A stretch of DNA of 64,000 bases from the human T2T-CHM13v2.0 reference genome, Homo sapiens. The translations under genes were made by a program, and so were the position numbers. Location of the stretch: assembly GCF_009914755.1 (NCBI RefSeq), contig NC_060937.1; one strand, given 5' to 3'. This document shows positions 41,738 to 55,224 of the stretch, one piece after another. Numbering within the stretch: position 1 is the first letter of the stretch; each line of letters begins with the position of its first letter. The notes beneath the pieces are model-generated. The model made no database searches and had not been told where the DNA came from. It saw only the letters and a program-made list of their open reading frames with translations.

Positions 41738-43487
41738 TGCAGAAGAATGAAATTGGACCCATACCTTTCACCATATACAAAAATTAACTCAAGATGGATT
41801 AAATATTTAAGTGTAAGACCTCAAACTATAAGAACCCTAGAAGAAAACCCAGGAAACACCATTCTGTTCATCAGCCTTGAGAAAGAATTTATGACTAAGT
41901 CCTCAAAAGCAATTGCAACAGAAAAGCAAAAATTGACAAGTGGGACCTAATTAAACTGTCGAGCTTCTACATAGCAAAAGAAACCATCAACAGAGTAAAC
42001 AGACAACCAACAGAATGGGAGAAAATATTCACAAACTATTCATTCAACAAAAATCTAACATCCAGAATCTATAAGGAACTTAAACAATTGAGCAAATGAA
42101 AAACAACCCCATTAGAAAAATGAGCAAAACACATGAACAGACACTTTTCAAAAGAAGACATAATCAGCCAACAAACCTATGAAAAAATGCCCATCATCAC
42201 TAGTCATCAGAGTACTGCACATCAAAACCACAATGAGATACCATCTCACACCAGTCAGAATGGCTATTATTAAACAGTCAAAAGACAACAGATGCTGGCA
42301 TGGCTGCAGAGAAAAAGGAATGCTTATACACTGTTGCTGGGAATATAAATTAGTTTGGCCACTGTGGAAAGCAGTTTGGAAATTTATCAAAGAAATTAAA
42401 AGAGAGCTACCATTTGACCCAGTGTTCCCATTCCTGGGTATAAATCCAAAGGACAAAAATCATACTGATGCTGGGCAGACCCTTGGTCCTTGAGGGGGTC
42501 ATGGGAGATGGGTTCTTGATTTTGTACAAGAAGGAATTCAGGAGCAAATCACAAGGAGAAAGCCAAAGTAAAGTTTATTGGAGTGCTTCTCCACAGATGG
42601 AGCAAGGCAGTCTCAGAGAGAAGACATGCTGGGAGGGTCTTAGGTCGGCAGTGTTACTATGTTTAATATGCATAATTAGAGGGAGGGTTATTCATAAGCT
42701 TTTCATGGAAAGATGCAGTGATTTCCAGGAACCAGGGAACAGTCCCTTTTCTTTATCATGTAGGGCTTTTCCAGTGGTTGCCATGGTAAACAAAAACTGT
42801 CATGGTGACAGGGGTATATTTTTACTATGGAAATACAGTATAATTAGCATATAAGGAGCAATGAAGGTCAGTTTTGCTGCCATCTTGGTTCCAGATGGTT
42901 TAGGCTGATTTCTTTACTGTATCCTGTCTTATCAGTGCGGTCTTGTGACCTGTTGTCTTGGAAACTAGTTCTGCTGAATTTCTATCTCAGTACTACCAAA
43001 AAGACACATCCACTCATATGTTCATCACAGCGCTATTCACAAAAACAAACACGTGGAGTCAACTTAGATGCCCATCAACGGTAGACTGGATAAAGGAAAT
43101 ATGGTACATATTCACCGTGGAATACTACACAGCCATAAAAAGAATGAAATCCTGTCCTTTACAGTAGTATGGATGGAGCTGAAGGCCATTATCCTAAGAA
43201 AATTAATGCAGGAACTGAAAACCAAAAACCAATATTCTCACTTGTTAGTGGGAGCTAAATATTGGGTACTTGAGGACATAAAGATGGCAGTAATAGAAAC
43301 TGAGTACTACTAAAGAGGGGAGGGAAGGAGGAAGGGAGGGAAGCAACGGTGGAAAAGCTAATGACTGAGCACTATTCTCAGTACCTGGGTGATGGGATCA
43401 TTCATACCCCAAACTTCAGCGTCACACAGTATAACCAGGTAACAAACTTATACATATATCCTCTGAATCTAAAATAAAAGTTGAAAA
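41738..43487 (+). mobile_element. 5'-truncated old L1PA (L1PA16/17-like), ORF2 3' part plus 3' UTR, interrupted by an LTR
   Basis: ORF2 peptides [18 protein letters not shown] and TTMRYHLTPVRMAIIK; 3' end ctgaatctaaaataaaagttgaaaa. Confidence 0.92.
42466..42989 (-). mobile_element. MER41-family ERV1 solo LTR nested in L1
   Basis: TG...CA ends, 4-bp flanks atac/gtac; minus strand reads caggtcacaagacc..ctgataagacagg..cagtaaagaa..aaccaagatggc, as in MER41; L1 resumes at taccaaaaagacac. Confidence 0.75.
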
Positions 43488-43543
43488 CAGAGAAAGATAT
43501 CAGTTTCAAGAATATGAAATATATGAGAAATAGTTTAATTGTA

Positions 43544-43662
43544 AGCTATGCGATTATGAACCATTTTACTTAAATTCTGTATTTTCTCATGTGCAAAATG
43601 GGAATGGTGATTATTTTAAACTACATTGGCATATCATGAGGATTAAATAATGTATGTGTAAC
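43544..43662 (+). mobile_element. MIR core fragment
   Basis: agctatgcga...ttacttaa...ttctcatgtgcaaaatgggaat...tgaggattaaataatgtatgtgtaa. Confidence 0.75.
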
Positions 43663-43665
43663 CAA

Positions 43666-43770
43666 AAAAATACAGAATCTCAAGCCTCACTCAGTCCTAC
43701 AGAATTAGAAATGTATTCGATAAGATTGCCAGGTGTGATCTGTATGCACATTAAAGTTTGAGAAGCCCTG
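43666..43770 (+). mobile_element. MER5A1, right part
   Basis: aaatacagaatctcaagcctcactcagtcctacagaattagaa...tatgcacattaaagtttgagaagccctg. Confidence 0.75.
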
Positions 43771-43790
43771 TCTATTCTAGATATCATATA

Positions 43791-44997
43791 CAGTCATGCA
43801 TTGAATAAGGATGTTTCAGTCAATGAAGGACTGCATCTACAATGGTGGTACCATAAGATTATAAAAGAGCTGAAACTTTCGTATCCCCTCGTGACTCATA
43901 GCTATCATAACATCATAACACAGTGCATTACTCATGTGTTTGTGGTGGTGCTGGCGTAAACAAACTTACTCTGCTGCCAGTTGTATAATAAAAGTATAGT
44001 ACTTAGAATTATATACAGTACATACTACTTGAAAATAATAAGTTACTATGTCACTAATTTATGCATTTACTATACTATGTTTTAATCATTATTTCAGAGC
44101 GTACACCTCCTACTTATAAAAAATAAAAGTTACTTGTGAAGCAGCCTTAGGCAGGTCCTTCAGGAGGTCTTCTAGGAGAAGCATTATTGTCATAGGAGAG
44201 GACCGCTTCATGCCAGCTTCAGGTCTTGTCCCTGAAGACCTTCCAGTGAGACAAGATGTGGAAGTGGAGGACAGTGATATTGATAATTCTGACCAGGTGT
44301 AGGCCTAGGGTAATCTGTGTGTTTGTGTTGTAGTTTTTAACAAAAACAAAATTAAAATGTAAAAAAAAAGGAAATAGAAAAAAGGATATAGAGTTGGGAT
44401 ATACAGAAAGAAAATATTTTTGTACAGCTGTACAACGTTTTTGTGTTTTAAGTAAAGTGATTTTACAAAAGAGTCAGTAAGTTAAAAGGTTTATAAAATA
44501 AAAACATTACAATAAACTAAGGTTAATTTATTATTGATGAAAGAAAGTTTATAAGTCTTTGTAAGTTTAGTATAGCCTAAGTGTACAGTGTTTATAGTTT
44601 ACAGTAGTGTACAGTAATGTCCTAGGCCTTCACATTCACTCATACCTCAATCACTGACTCACCAAATCAACTTCCAGTCCTTCATACTCCATTCATGGTA
44701 AGTGCTGTATAGAGGTATACTATTATTTATCTTTTATACCATATATTTACTGTATCTTTTCTGTGTCTGGATGCACAAATACTTGCCATTATGTTACAAT
44801 TGACTACAGTAGTCAGTACAGTAAAATGCTGTACAGGTTTTCAGGCTAGGAGCAACAGGCTATATACCATGTAGTCTAGGTGTGTAGTAGGCTACACCAT
44901 CTAGGTTTATGTAAGTACACACTATGATGTTCATACAAGGACAGAATCACCTAAGGATGCATTACTCAAAACATCCTTGTTATGTGATGCATGGGTG
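43791..44997. mobile_element. Tigger3b-like DNA transposon (~1.2 kb)
   Basis: TA-cagtcatgcattgaataaggatgtttcagtcaatga...cataagattata; end tgttatgtgatgcatgggtg followed by (CA)n. Confidence 0.85.
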
Positions 44998-45462
44998 CGC
45001 ACACACACACACACAGTGTAACAAAAAGTTGAATGCTTAAGACCAGAAAAAAAAATCTACTTTTTAATGCAGATAGTTCAACTTGAGTACTGTAGTTATT
45101 CTATAAATAAAAGGTCCAGTTTACCTTCATAATGAAAGCATATTTATTTGGTTTTTAAAATTAGAGTCTTCTTTAAAATTCTGATTTAAGTGTAAATAAG
45201 TTGGAAAATAAATAAATATGTAGGTGTGTAAATAAAATCTACCTGAATGTCCTTGAATGTAATTATAATATTATGGAAATGACTTCACAGTGGGTAATCC
45301 TTACTATTGAGTTTTCAAAAAGCAGGGGAAGAAAAAGTCATGTGGAATGAATATATGTGGGTAAAAATGGCATCATCTATTAAATATATGCCTAATAATT
45401 CCTGGCATCTCTTTTATAACATGATGCTGATTTCACTCAGTTTATGGAAAACAACTATTATT

Positions 45463-48400
45463 TTTTAGTTATTATTATTTAATTATACTTTATGTTCTGG
45501 GATACATGTGCAGAATGTGCAGGTTTGTTACATAGGTATACATGTGCCATGGTGGTTTGCTGCACCCATCAACCAGTCATGTAATAGGTATTTCTCCTAA
45601 TGCTATCCTTCCCCTTGCCCCCCACCCCTGACAGACCTTGGTGTGTGATGTTCTCCTCCCTGTGCCCATATGTTCTCATTGTTCAACTCCCACATATTAG
45701 TGAGAACGTGCAGTGTTTGGTTTTCTGTTCCTGTGTTAGTTGGCTGAAAATGATGGTTTCCAGCTTCATTCATGTCTCTGCATAGGACATGAACTCATTC
45801 TTTTTTATGGCTGCATAGTATTCCATGGTATATATGTGCCACATTTTCTTTATCCAGTCTATTACTAATGGACATTTGAGTTGGTGCCAAGTGTTTGCTA
45901 TTGTGAATAATGCTGCAATAAACATACGTATGCATGTGTCTTTATAGTAGAATGATTTATAATCCTTTGGGATTATACCCACTAATGGAATTGCTGGGTC
46001 AAATGGTATTTCTAGTTCTAGATCCTTGAGGAATTGCCACACTATCTTCCACAATGGTTGAACTAATTTACACTCCCACCATTAGTGTAATATCATTTCT
46101 ATTTCTCCACATCCTCTCCAGCACCGGTTGTTTCCTGACTTTTTAATCATTGCCATACTAATGGACATGAGATGATATCTCACTGTGGTTTTGATTTGCA
46201 TTTCTCTAATGACCAGTGATGAGCTTTTTTTCATGTTTGTTGGGTGCCTAAATGTCTTCTTTTGAAAAGTGTCTGTTCATATCCTTCGCCTACTTTTGAT
46301 GGGGTTAATTATTTTTTTCTTGTAAATTTGTTTAAGTTCCCTGTAGATTCTGGATATTAGCCCTTTGTCAGATGGAGAGATTGCAAAAATGTTCTCCCAT
46401 TCTGTAGGTTGTCTGTTCACTCTGATGATAGTTTATTTTGCTGTACAGAAGCTCTTTAGTTTAATTAGATCCCACTTGCCAATTTTGGCTTTTGTTGCAA
46501 TTGCTCTTGGTGTTTTAGGCATGAATTCTTTGCCTATTCATATGTCCTTAATGGTATTGCCTAGGTTTTCTTCTAGGATTTTTATGGTTTTAGGTCTTAC
46601 ATTTAAGTCTTTATTCCATCTTGAGTTATTTTTTGTATAAGGTGTAAGGAAGGGGTCCAGTTTCAGTTTGCCCAATGGCATTTATTAAATAGGGAATCCT
46701 TTCCTCATTCCTTGTTTTTGTCAGGTTTGTCAAAGATCAGATGGTTGTAGATGTGTAGTATTTTTCTGAGACCTCTGTTCTATTCCATTGTTCTATATAT
46801 CTGTTTTGGTACCATTACCAAGCTGTTTTGGTTACTGTAACCTTGTATTATAGTTTGAAGTTAGGTAGCATGATGCCTCCAGCTCTGTTCTTTTTGCTTA
46901 GGACTGTTTTGGCTATACGGGCTGTTTTTTGGTTCCATATAAAATTTAAAGTAGCTTTTTTCTAATTCTGCGAAGAAAGTCAAAGGTAGCTTGATGGGAA
47001 TTGCATTGAATCTATAAATTACTTTGGGCAGTATGGCCATTTTTCACGATTGATTCTTCCTATCCATGAGCATGGAATGTTTTTCCATTAGTTTGTGTCC
47101 TCTGTTATTTCCTTGAGCAGTGGTTTGTAGTTCTCCTTGAAGAGGTCCTTCACATCCCTTGTCAGTTTTATTTCTAGGAATTTTATTCTCTTTGTAGCAA
47201 TTGAGAATGGGAGTTCACTCATGATTTGGTTTTCTGTTTGTCTATTATTGGTGTATAGGAATCCTTGTGTTTTTTGCACATTGATTTTGTATCCTGAAAC
47301 TTTGCTGAAGTTGCTTATCAGGTGAAGAAGTTTTGGGGCTGAGACAATGAGGTTTTCTAAATATACAATCGTGCCATCTGCAAACAGAGATAATTTGAGT
47401 TCCTCTCTTCATATTTGAACATGCTTTATTTATTTCTCTTGCCTGATTGCCCTGGCCAGAACTTCTAATACTATGTTGAATAGGAGTGGTGAGAGAAGGC
47501 ATTTTTGTCTTGTGCCAGTTTTCAAAGGGAATGCTTCCAGCTTTTCCCCATTCAGTATGATATTGGCTGCATATTTGTCATAAATAGCTCTTATTATTTT
47601 GAGATACGATCCATTGATACCTAGTTTATTGAGTGTTTTTAGCATGAAGTCCTGTTTAATTTTATGAAGGCCTTTTCTGCATCTATTGAGATAATCATGT
47701 GGTTTTTGTCATTGGTTCTGTTTATGTGATGGATTACATTTATTGATTTGCATATGTTGAACCAGCCTTGCATCCCAGGGATGAAGCCGACTTGATCATG
47801 GTGGATAAGCTTTTTAATGTGCTGCTGGATTTGGGTTGCCAGTATTTTATTGAGAATTTTCGTATTGATGTTCATCTGATATATTGGCCTGAAATTTTCT
47901 TTTTTTGTGTGTCTCTGCCAGGTTTTGGTATCAGGATGATGCTGGCCTCATAAAATGAGTTAGGGAGGATTCCCTCTTTTTCTATTGTTTGGAGTAGTTT
48001 CAGAAGGAATGGTACCAGCTCCTTTTTGTACTTTTGATAGAATTTGGCTGTGAATCTGTCTGGTCCTGGTTGGTAGGCTATTACTGCCTCAATTTCAGAA
48101 CTTGTTATTGGTCTATTCAGGGATTTGACTTCTTCTTGGTTTGGTCTTGGGAGGGTGTATGTGTCCAGGAATTTATCCATTTCTTCTAGATTTTCTAGTT
48201 TATTTGCATAGAGGTGTTTGTAGTATTCTCTGATGGTAGTTTGTATTTCTGTGGGATCAGTGATGATATCCCCTTTATCAGTTTTTCGTTTTGTCTGTTT
48301 GATTCTTCTCTCTTTTCTTCTTTTTGGTCTGGCTAGCAGTCCATCTATTTTGTTAATCTTTTCAAGAAACAGCTCCTGGATTCATTGATTTTTGAAGGGT

Positions 48401-49200
48401 TTTCCCTGTCTCTATCTCCTTCAGTTCTTCTCTGATATTAGTTATTTCTTGTCTTCTGCTAGCTTCTGAATTTGTTTGTCCTTGCTTCTCTAGTTCTTTT
48501 AATTGTGATGTTAGGGTGTCAATTTTAGATCTTTCCCACTTTCTCATGTGGGCATTTAGTGCTATAAATATCCCTCTAAACACTGCTTTAGCTGTGTCCC
48601 AAATATTCTGGTACGTTGTGTCTTTGTTCTCATTGGTTTCAAATAACTTATTTATTTCGGCCTTAATTTCATTATTTACCCGGTAATCATTCAGGAGCAG
48701 ATTGTTCAGTTTCCATGTAGCTGTGCAGTTTTTAGTGAGTTTCTTAATCCTGAGTTCTAATTTGATTGCACTGTGGTCTGAGAGACTGTTATGATTTCCA
48801 TTCTTCTGCATTTGCTGAGGAGTGTTTTACTTCCAATTATGTGGTCAATTTTAGAATAAGTGCTATGTGATGCTAAGAAAAATGTATATTCTGTTGATTT
48901 AGGATGGAGAGTTCTGTAGATGTCTATTAGGTCCGCTAGGTCCAGAGCTTGAATTCAAGTTCTGAATATCCTTGCTAATTTTCTGTCTCATTGATCTGTC
49001 TAATATTGACAGTGGGTTGTTAAAGTATCCCACTATTATTGTGTGGGAGTCTAAGTCTCTTTGTAGGTCTTTAAGAACTTGCTTTATGAATCTGGGTGCT
49101 CCTGTATTGGGTGGATAGTTAGCTCTTCTTGTTGAATTGATCCCTTTACCATTATGTAATGCCCTTCTTTGGCTTTTTTGATCTTGTTGGTTTAAAGTAT
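45463..49200 (-). mobile_element. 5'-truncated L1PA7/8-like element (~3.7 kb), ORF2 disrupted
   Basis: ORF2 fragments ([29 protein letters not shown]; [21 protein letters not shown]); perfect 16-bp TSD gaaaacaactattatt at 45447-45462 and 49201-49216. Confidence 0.96.
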
Positions 49201-50483
49201 GAAAACAACTATTATTATTAAAAGGAACAACTTTATTTGCTTTTAGAGTAGCTGATTAAAGTAAAACTAAGAGAAGGGATGAATTGTTAGAATTTTGATT
49301 ACTTCAGACTTGTTTCTTCTTATCCATAAGTGTGGCAAAATGCAAACACAAATTTGCTGATGAGATTGATGAAATAAAGAGTCTCCAGTACTAATTAAAA
49401 TTAAAAAGGATGAACAGATGGTCTTAACACAGCTGGAAGTATTAGGATGAAATTCTGCCCGTGTGTTTAGTCAGACAGCACAGTTGCAAGAAAGCCACAC
49501 CTGTTTACTTTTCTAAGAGCAAAAATATTATTAAATGTGGTTTTGATTTACTGCTGTTTTGGCTATTAAATCATTCCTTAGTCCTTATGTGTCTGTGGTA
49601 TGGAGAGATAATCAGCTTTAAGTAACTTAATAGTATACATGTATGTCTGTGTTTCTTTCTGTCTAATAATATTGATCATGACATCCACATATTAAGGCAA
49701 TCTTTTGCTACTTATGCAATTTTTGTGGCCACATAGTCAAAACACCGATGGAAAGGGTGAAAAAGAAAAATAATAAATATTAGAATATGCATTTGCTTTG
49801 AAAAATTCTAAGTAATGTTTTCAGATTTTTAATATTTAAGATAATCCTCTAAGCCTTACTCATTATTCAGTGTCTTGGAATTTTTGACAATATACAGCAG
49901 ATACATGATTTTAAATAGCTTCACTTAAGTACTTTAATAAATAACATTGTTTTATGGTATTCTTAATAAATAGTAAATATGCAAAAAAGGAAAGTTTAAA
50001 GATTAAGGGATAATATTAATGTAGAATAATCCTTCAATTATGGCCATTTTAACCTTTCATTAATCATGCCTGAATATTTTTATATGTAGAGGTTCCTTTT
50101 ATATATACTTGTAATTAGGTTCTACATACAATATTATATTTCATTCACCGGTATTTATTAAGTAACTAAATAATTATTGAGACACTATTACCAGAAACAG
50201 CATCAAACCCAAAGAAGAGTAATATGACAAATACTTCCAAATTTTACTGGATTTTTAAGTATTTAAATTAATTTGTTTAATTTAAAGGAACGAAGTGTAT
50301 GTATTAGCCCTTAGATTAGTAAGACCTAAGTCTTACTAGTGCCCCCATCCTCTTATTTTAATAAATGTAATTTGTCTGTTTACCTATCATTGAAGAGTCC
50401 CCATATGGCTGGCATAAAGATTTTTATTTCAAATATCAAAGAAGCATCAGGAAAATTGTTACTTTGCTTTCTGACTTACATAT

Positions 50484-50926
50484 TGTATTCAATTCCTAGG
50501 ACTACCATAGCAAAGTACTACAAACTGGGTTGCTTAAAACAGAAATTTATTCTTTCATGGTTCTTATAGCTGCACGTCTGAGATCAAGATGTTGACAGGG
50601 CCAGGCTCTCTCTAAAGTCACTAGTGGTGAATCTGTTCCCTCTGTTCCATTCCTGCAATTCTTGGTATTCCTCGACTTGTAGACACATCGCTCCAATCTC
50701 TGCCTCCATCATTGCCTGTCCCTCTTCCTGGGTGTCTCTTCTCCTCTTCTTGTAAGGACACTAGTCATATTGGATTAGCCACTCCCTGCCACTTGAGACC
50801 CCCATGACCTCATCTTAACTTGACTGTGTCTGTGAAGACCTTATTTTCAAATAAAATCACATTCACAGGTATTAGGGGTTAGTACCCCAGCATATATTTT
50901 TGGAGAATACCATTCAACCCATAACA
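50484..50926 (-). mobile_element. MLT1C-like MaLR solo LTR
   Basis: tgtattcaattcctaggactaccatagcaaagtactacaaactggg...gacctcatcttaact...ccattcaacccataaca. Confidence 0.85.
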
Positions 50927-51169
50927 TACATTTCTATTTGACAACATTTAGCTCAATGGCAATAATCTTGGTAATTACTTTCTTAATATAAGGATGCTTT
51001 ACTTTTTAAAATCCCCTTGCCTCTTTTACCTACCAACAGTGCATTGTTGTAGGTAGAGCTGATATTGCTACAGGTTTTACTGATGAAGATGAGAACATAT
51101 TTGCAGAAAGCCAGCCTTTGTTCTGGAGCATCCAGGATGCATTACTTGTGTTTTGATGCTGATGTTTCC

Positions 51170-51509
51170 TATGGGAGGCAGTTTCTGATGTGTCTTTTCG
51201 TGATCTCTGTACCCTGGTGTGCATACCCTGCTGTAATCCCCTTACTTTAAGGATGGTCTTACCTAGCAACTCACTTCTAATGAAGGATGTACAGCAAAAG
51301 GAGCAGTATATGATTTCACATCAGATTGCAAAAACTGCTTCCAAGCCAAGCCTTCAGATAACTGCAGCTTGGCGAGAGTCCCAGAGCCGCAGGAGTCAAC
51401 TAAGCCACACTAAAATTTCTGACCTATAGGAACTGTGGCATAAGGAATCTTGTTCTAAGCTACTGTCTTTTGGTGTCATTTGTTATCCAGCCATGGATAA
51501 CTGATAGAC
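51170..51509 (+). mobile_element. MLT1F/E-like MaLR LTR with internal deletion
   Basis: ctggtgtgcataccctgctgtaatcccc...caagccttcagataactgcagc...atttgttatccagccatggataactgata. Confidence 0.65.
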
Positions 51510-53956
51510 TTCTTCATCCACATCTGCTACCTGTAGTCAACCAAAGCAGTTTTATACAAAGGTACTATTTTCTGGCTTTTTATTCCAACCAGATTTCACA
51601 ATTTTTTTGAGTGTGGGTGTAGAGGATGGTGAAATATCCATGGAATAGAAGATTGTTGAATAAGAAAGTCAGAGGTAGCAAGGAAAATGTGTATTTAGTT
51701 CAAAAAAATCCTATCAACCTAGTTGTATGTGTTGATAATAAAGATCTCTCTGTCTTTCCCAGCAATTCGGATCAACCTTGTTAAGGTTGAACAGAGACAG
51801 ACCCAGGTGTTTGAATGGTTCATATTTGTGTTTTACTCCTAAGGGTGAAGCACCTGTAATTTTTAGGGCTTAAGATATCATCATGAAAAAAATTAAAAGA
51901 GGATTTTTAATGGTGAATGGAGATGCTAAGCTTGTTTAATGGCTATTTTTTTTTTACTACAAGTAAATAATAACTTATTTTCATAAGCTTTTACCGATGG
52001 TACTGGCCATGCTAGCTTCAGATTCCCTGACTAAATTTTCCCATGTAGGGACAGCAGTTGCTTATAGTAGATTTGGTTTGCATCACAGGTACACACTTTC
52101 AGTTTGAAGATGTATTGCTTTCAGGGGGAGTTTGTTACTAATGTTCTTCTTGATTCATCATTTAAACAAAATTAAAGCATGTAATTTTGTTCTTCTGAAT
52201 TTACTGTGACTCTCAGCAAAAGCTATTTGTTGATCATTTCTGTTGATGAAATCAGCAAATCCTGTGGTTAGACTGTTTGATTACTTCTATCTTATACTTT
52301 CTCGTGAGATTCTGTTTCAGGAAGCAAAAACAGTGAATTCTTCATCTTATATGTTTGTTTTAATGAAGTGTTTCTAAATAAAATTTCTGGTACAACAGAG
52401 AAATTATATTTTGCCATGATCTCAAAGACATCAATTTCTGTTATCACCAGACTTCAATTTAGGTGATCGTTTTTTGGTGATTAATGCCCAGATTTAGAAG
52501 TAATCTGAGAAATAAAGATTCAACACACCTTTTCTCTAATATTATGTTGTATTTCTTTTCCCTGGTACATTTTGTTATACTTTTGGATCACTTACTGAGA
52601 TTTATTTACCTAAAATTGTGCATCCTTGGCATATCACTTTAAAGGTGCGATCATTCATTGATGCACAATTTATCTTGATTTCATAGCAGTATGATGAAAA
52701 TCCATCCCTTAGAGATGTTACATCCGTATAAATGAGAACGATTTTATCATCTTCTCTAAAATGTTTGCTCTTGTTGCACTCATGGATTTAAGGTGCTATA
52801 GAGAATGAAACTAATTGTATCTCTGTGAAACCTAACATTTAAAAAAAAGTGCCTTCTGTGCACTCAAAGGCAAGATTTGATCAATAATGATGTAACCTAT
52901 ACAGTTCAATGCTCAGTCTTAAATCCTGTGTTGTTTACCTAAAGAAGCTAGGTTTAGTCATTTTTAATTGACTTTAAGTTATAAAATTACCTTGAAGAGT
53001 AGAATCAAAATTTCAAATATCCTTAAAACTTGTGAGCAAAATCAAATAATATTCAGTGAGTGGAAGAACAGCTAACATTATTGGGTAGAAGGCCATGTAG
53101 TGTTTTTGCTGTTTTTTAATTGTTTTTAAGTATCACAAAGACAAAAATCATCTTTATCTCATGCTCTTAGTAGTCTTTGAGTTTACTCTTGGTTGTAAGG
53201 CCTTAAAAAGATTTATCAAGAACCAACATAATAAGCCAGCCACTTATGATGAAACTCCCTTTCTCCTAAAAGCAGAATTAGAGGGAGAAATATCAAATAA
53301 ACAAAAGAATGCTTCTCAGACCCTTTCTAACCTGCTAAATCTAGTTATTTAGATTATAGAGCTTGAAATAAAAAAGAGTAGAAAATTTTACTCCAAAAAA
53401 ATAGAGAGAGTAGATTTCTCAGAGGGCCCCCATGCCCGGTAAAGATTTGGTCAGTTCATCTTGATGCAGTTTACAGTTTATACAGCCCCAAGACTGTGCA
53501 TTACCAATAATCATCAATATTAGAGTCATTAAGTTGTTGTACTTTATGTTTCCTCTTTGTCCCTATTAATTTGTTAACAAAGCATCTATATCCAATAGAT
53601 GATTTGTTTTTAAAACTAGCCATTTGTAAAATACCAAAAATACCAAAAATAAAAAGAAGAAAATCAGTGTTTTCCACACATGCACTATTAAATAATTTGG
53701 TGAATGGATAATAAAATACATTCACTTTATTTTGTCTCTTTAGATAATCTAGCAAGTCAGTAAATTTTTGGCCAATAGAAAACAAGACAGACTTTAACAA
53801 TGGGTCTGTATTAATTAGAATGCTTTCATTTTGTCCCACTGAAAATGTAGTGGCCCAATTAAAGTTCATCTAATTTATATTTAGATATCCATAGCTATCA
53901 TTCACTTCACGGAGGACAACAAATGCAATCAGATGCAAAATAAAGACTTTTTCCTT

Positions 53957-53960
<4 letters not shown>

Positions 53961-54004
<44 letters not shown>
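53961..54004. repeat. (CA)22 microsatellite
   Basis: Pure CA run. Confidence 0.97.
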
Positions 54005-54007
<3 letters not shown>

Positions 54008-55224
54008 CAAGCAAATGCCCACTTATGGAGGCTATTTATTTTTCTTCTTGGTGGCACTGTTTGAGCTCTCTGATTCGTGTATCGAACATGGTGACATATT
54101 TACGTCTGTGCATTCATGTCAGTCCTTTCGGAGGTTCTCCCTGCTTCCTAGCAGACTGTTTGAAATAGCTCTTTGTCAGTTTCAGTTTACACCCATAAAA
54201 TTGGCTTCAAGTTTCCACCTTGTTTGAAACTCCCTGGCCAATAACCTTCCTAACCCAAACCAGATGTGAAAAAGTTCATCCAAACAGTTTTGAATGTGTT
54301 GACCTTGTCCACATATTACAGAGTAGGGGTTTGTAAAACCTAATCTAAAATCCTATTTTCCTTCCCTCGGGGTATGTCAGAGAAAATTTCATAACCCTTC
54401 TAAGGTCAGATGTATGTAGATCTGCAAATCTGTAATATCTCCACTTTTTTTCTAAACCTGTTTTAGTTCCTTGGGAATCATCCAGTGTCCTCTGTCCTCC
54501 CACCTTTTTGAGGATGGGCAATTGGAATGCCCGCCCCCTGCCTGGAATTTTTCTGTGGTTAGCTAAGTAATTTCTTTTTTGTAGTTATCCCTGCACAATG
54601 GCCTCCATCTTCCCATTCATCAAGAGTCACATTCTTCCAATACAAGGACAACTACCCCCTTAGGACTAGAACTTAATGTCTTCCACCTGTAAGAGGCTTT
54701 GGGCTGATGGCCTCCTCATTAGCATGCTCAGTGTAAGGGATGCCCAAATGGACTTGCTCCCTGAAATTATTTTCTTGCAGGATAATGTTGATGAGAGAAA
54801 AGTCTTGTTTGCAAAATCAGCTGGAGTTTATATGTTGATATATTTATATAAATAGGGCTCCATTTACTCATTGTTTTATGCATAATTGAATATTGGGGAC
54901 AGTCTTGGGAAAAGGTTTTAAGGAACAAATATTTACTGACACAGTGACACTGAAAAGAGAAGGCAAGCATTTTACCTACTGGCATGTGATTTCATTTTGT
55001 GGAGCACCTAAGTCGATTACTGTAATCAGAGAGATGTGTAACTCTGAAGATAATAGTAATAATATTTTCCACTAAAATATACTGCTCTTACCATGTAAAG
55101 TTGAAAGCTTTCAAATATGGACTCTGTTCAGGAATTGTAGAAGAGCTTAAACTGACCACTGGCTACAGAATATTGCATTTTTCTTTCTGTCTGTAATTCT
55201 TCTATAGATTTGATTACACAATCT

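Noticed and set aside
42468-42854. 128-aa ORF
   Set aside because: Lies entirely within the MER41-type LTR, antisense; no coding signature.
43315-43342. G-rich tract with G4 potential
   Set aside because: Ordinary L1 3' UTR polypurine tract.
45770-48811. Reverse transcriptase/endonuclease-like ORFs
   Set aside because: Fragments of a 5'-truncated, frameshifted L1 ORF2; not a retron, DGR or functional RT system.
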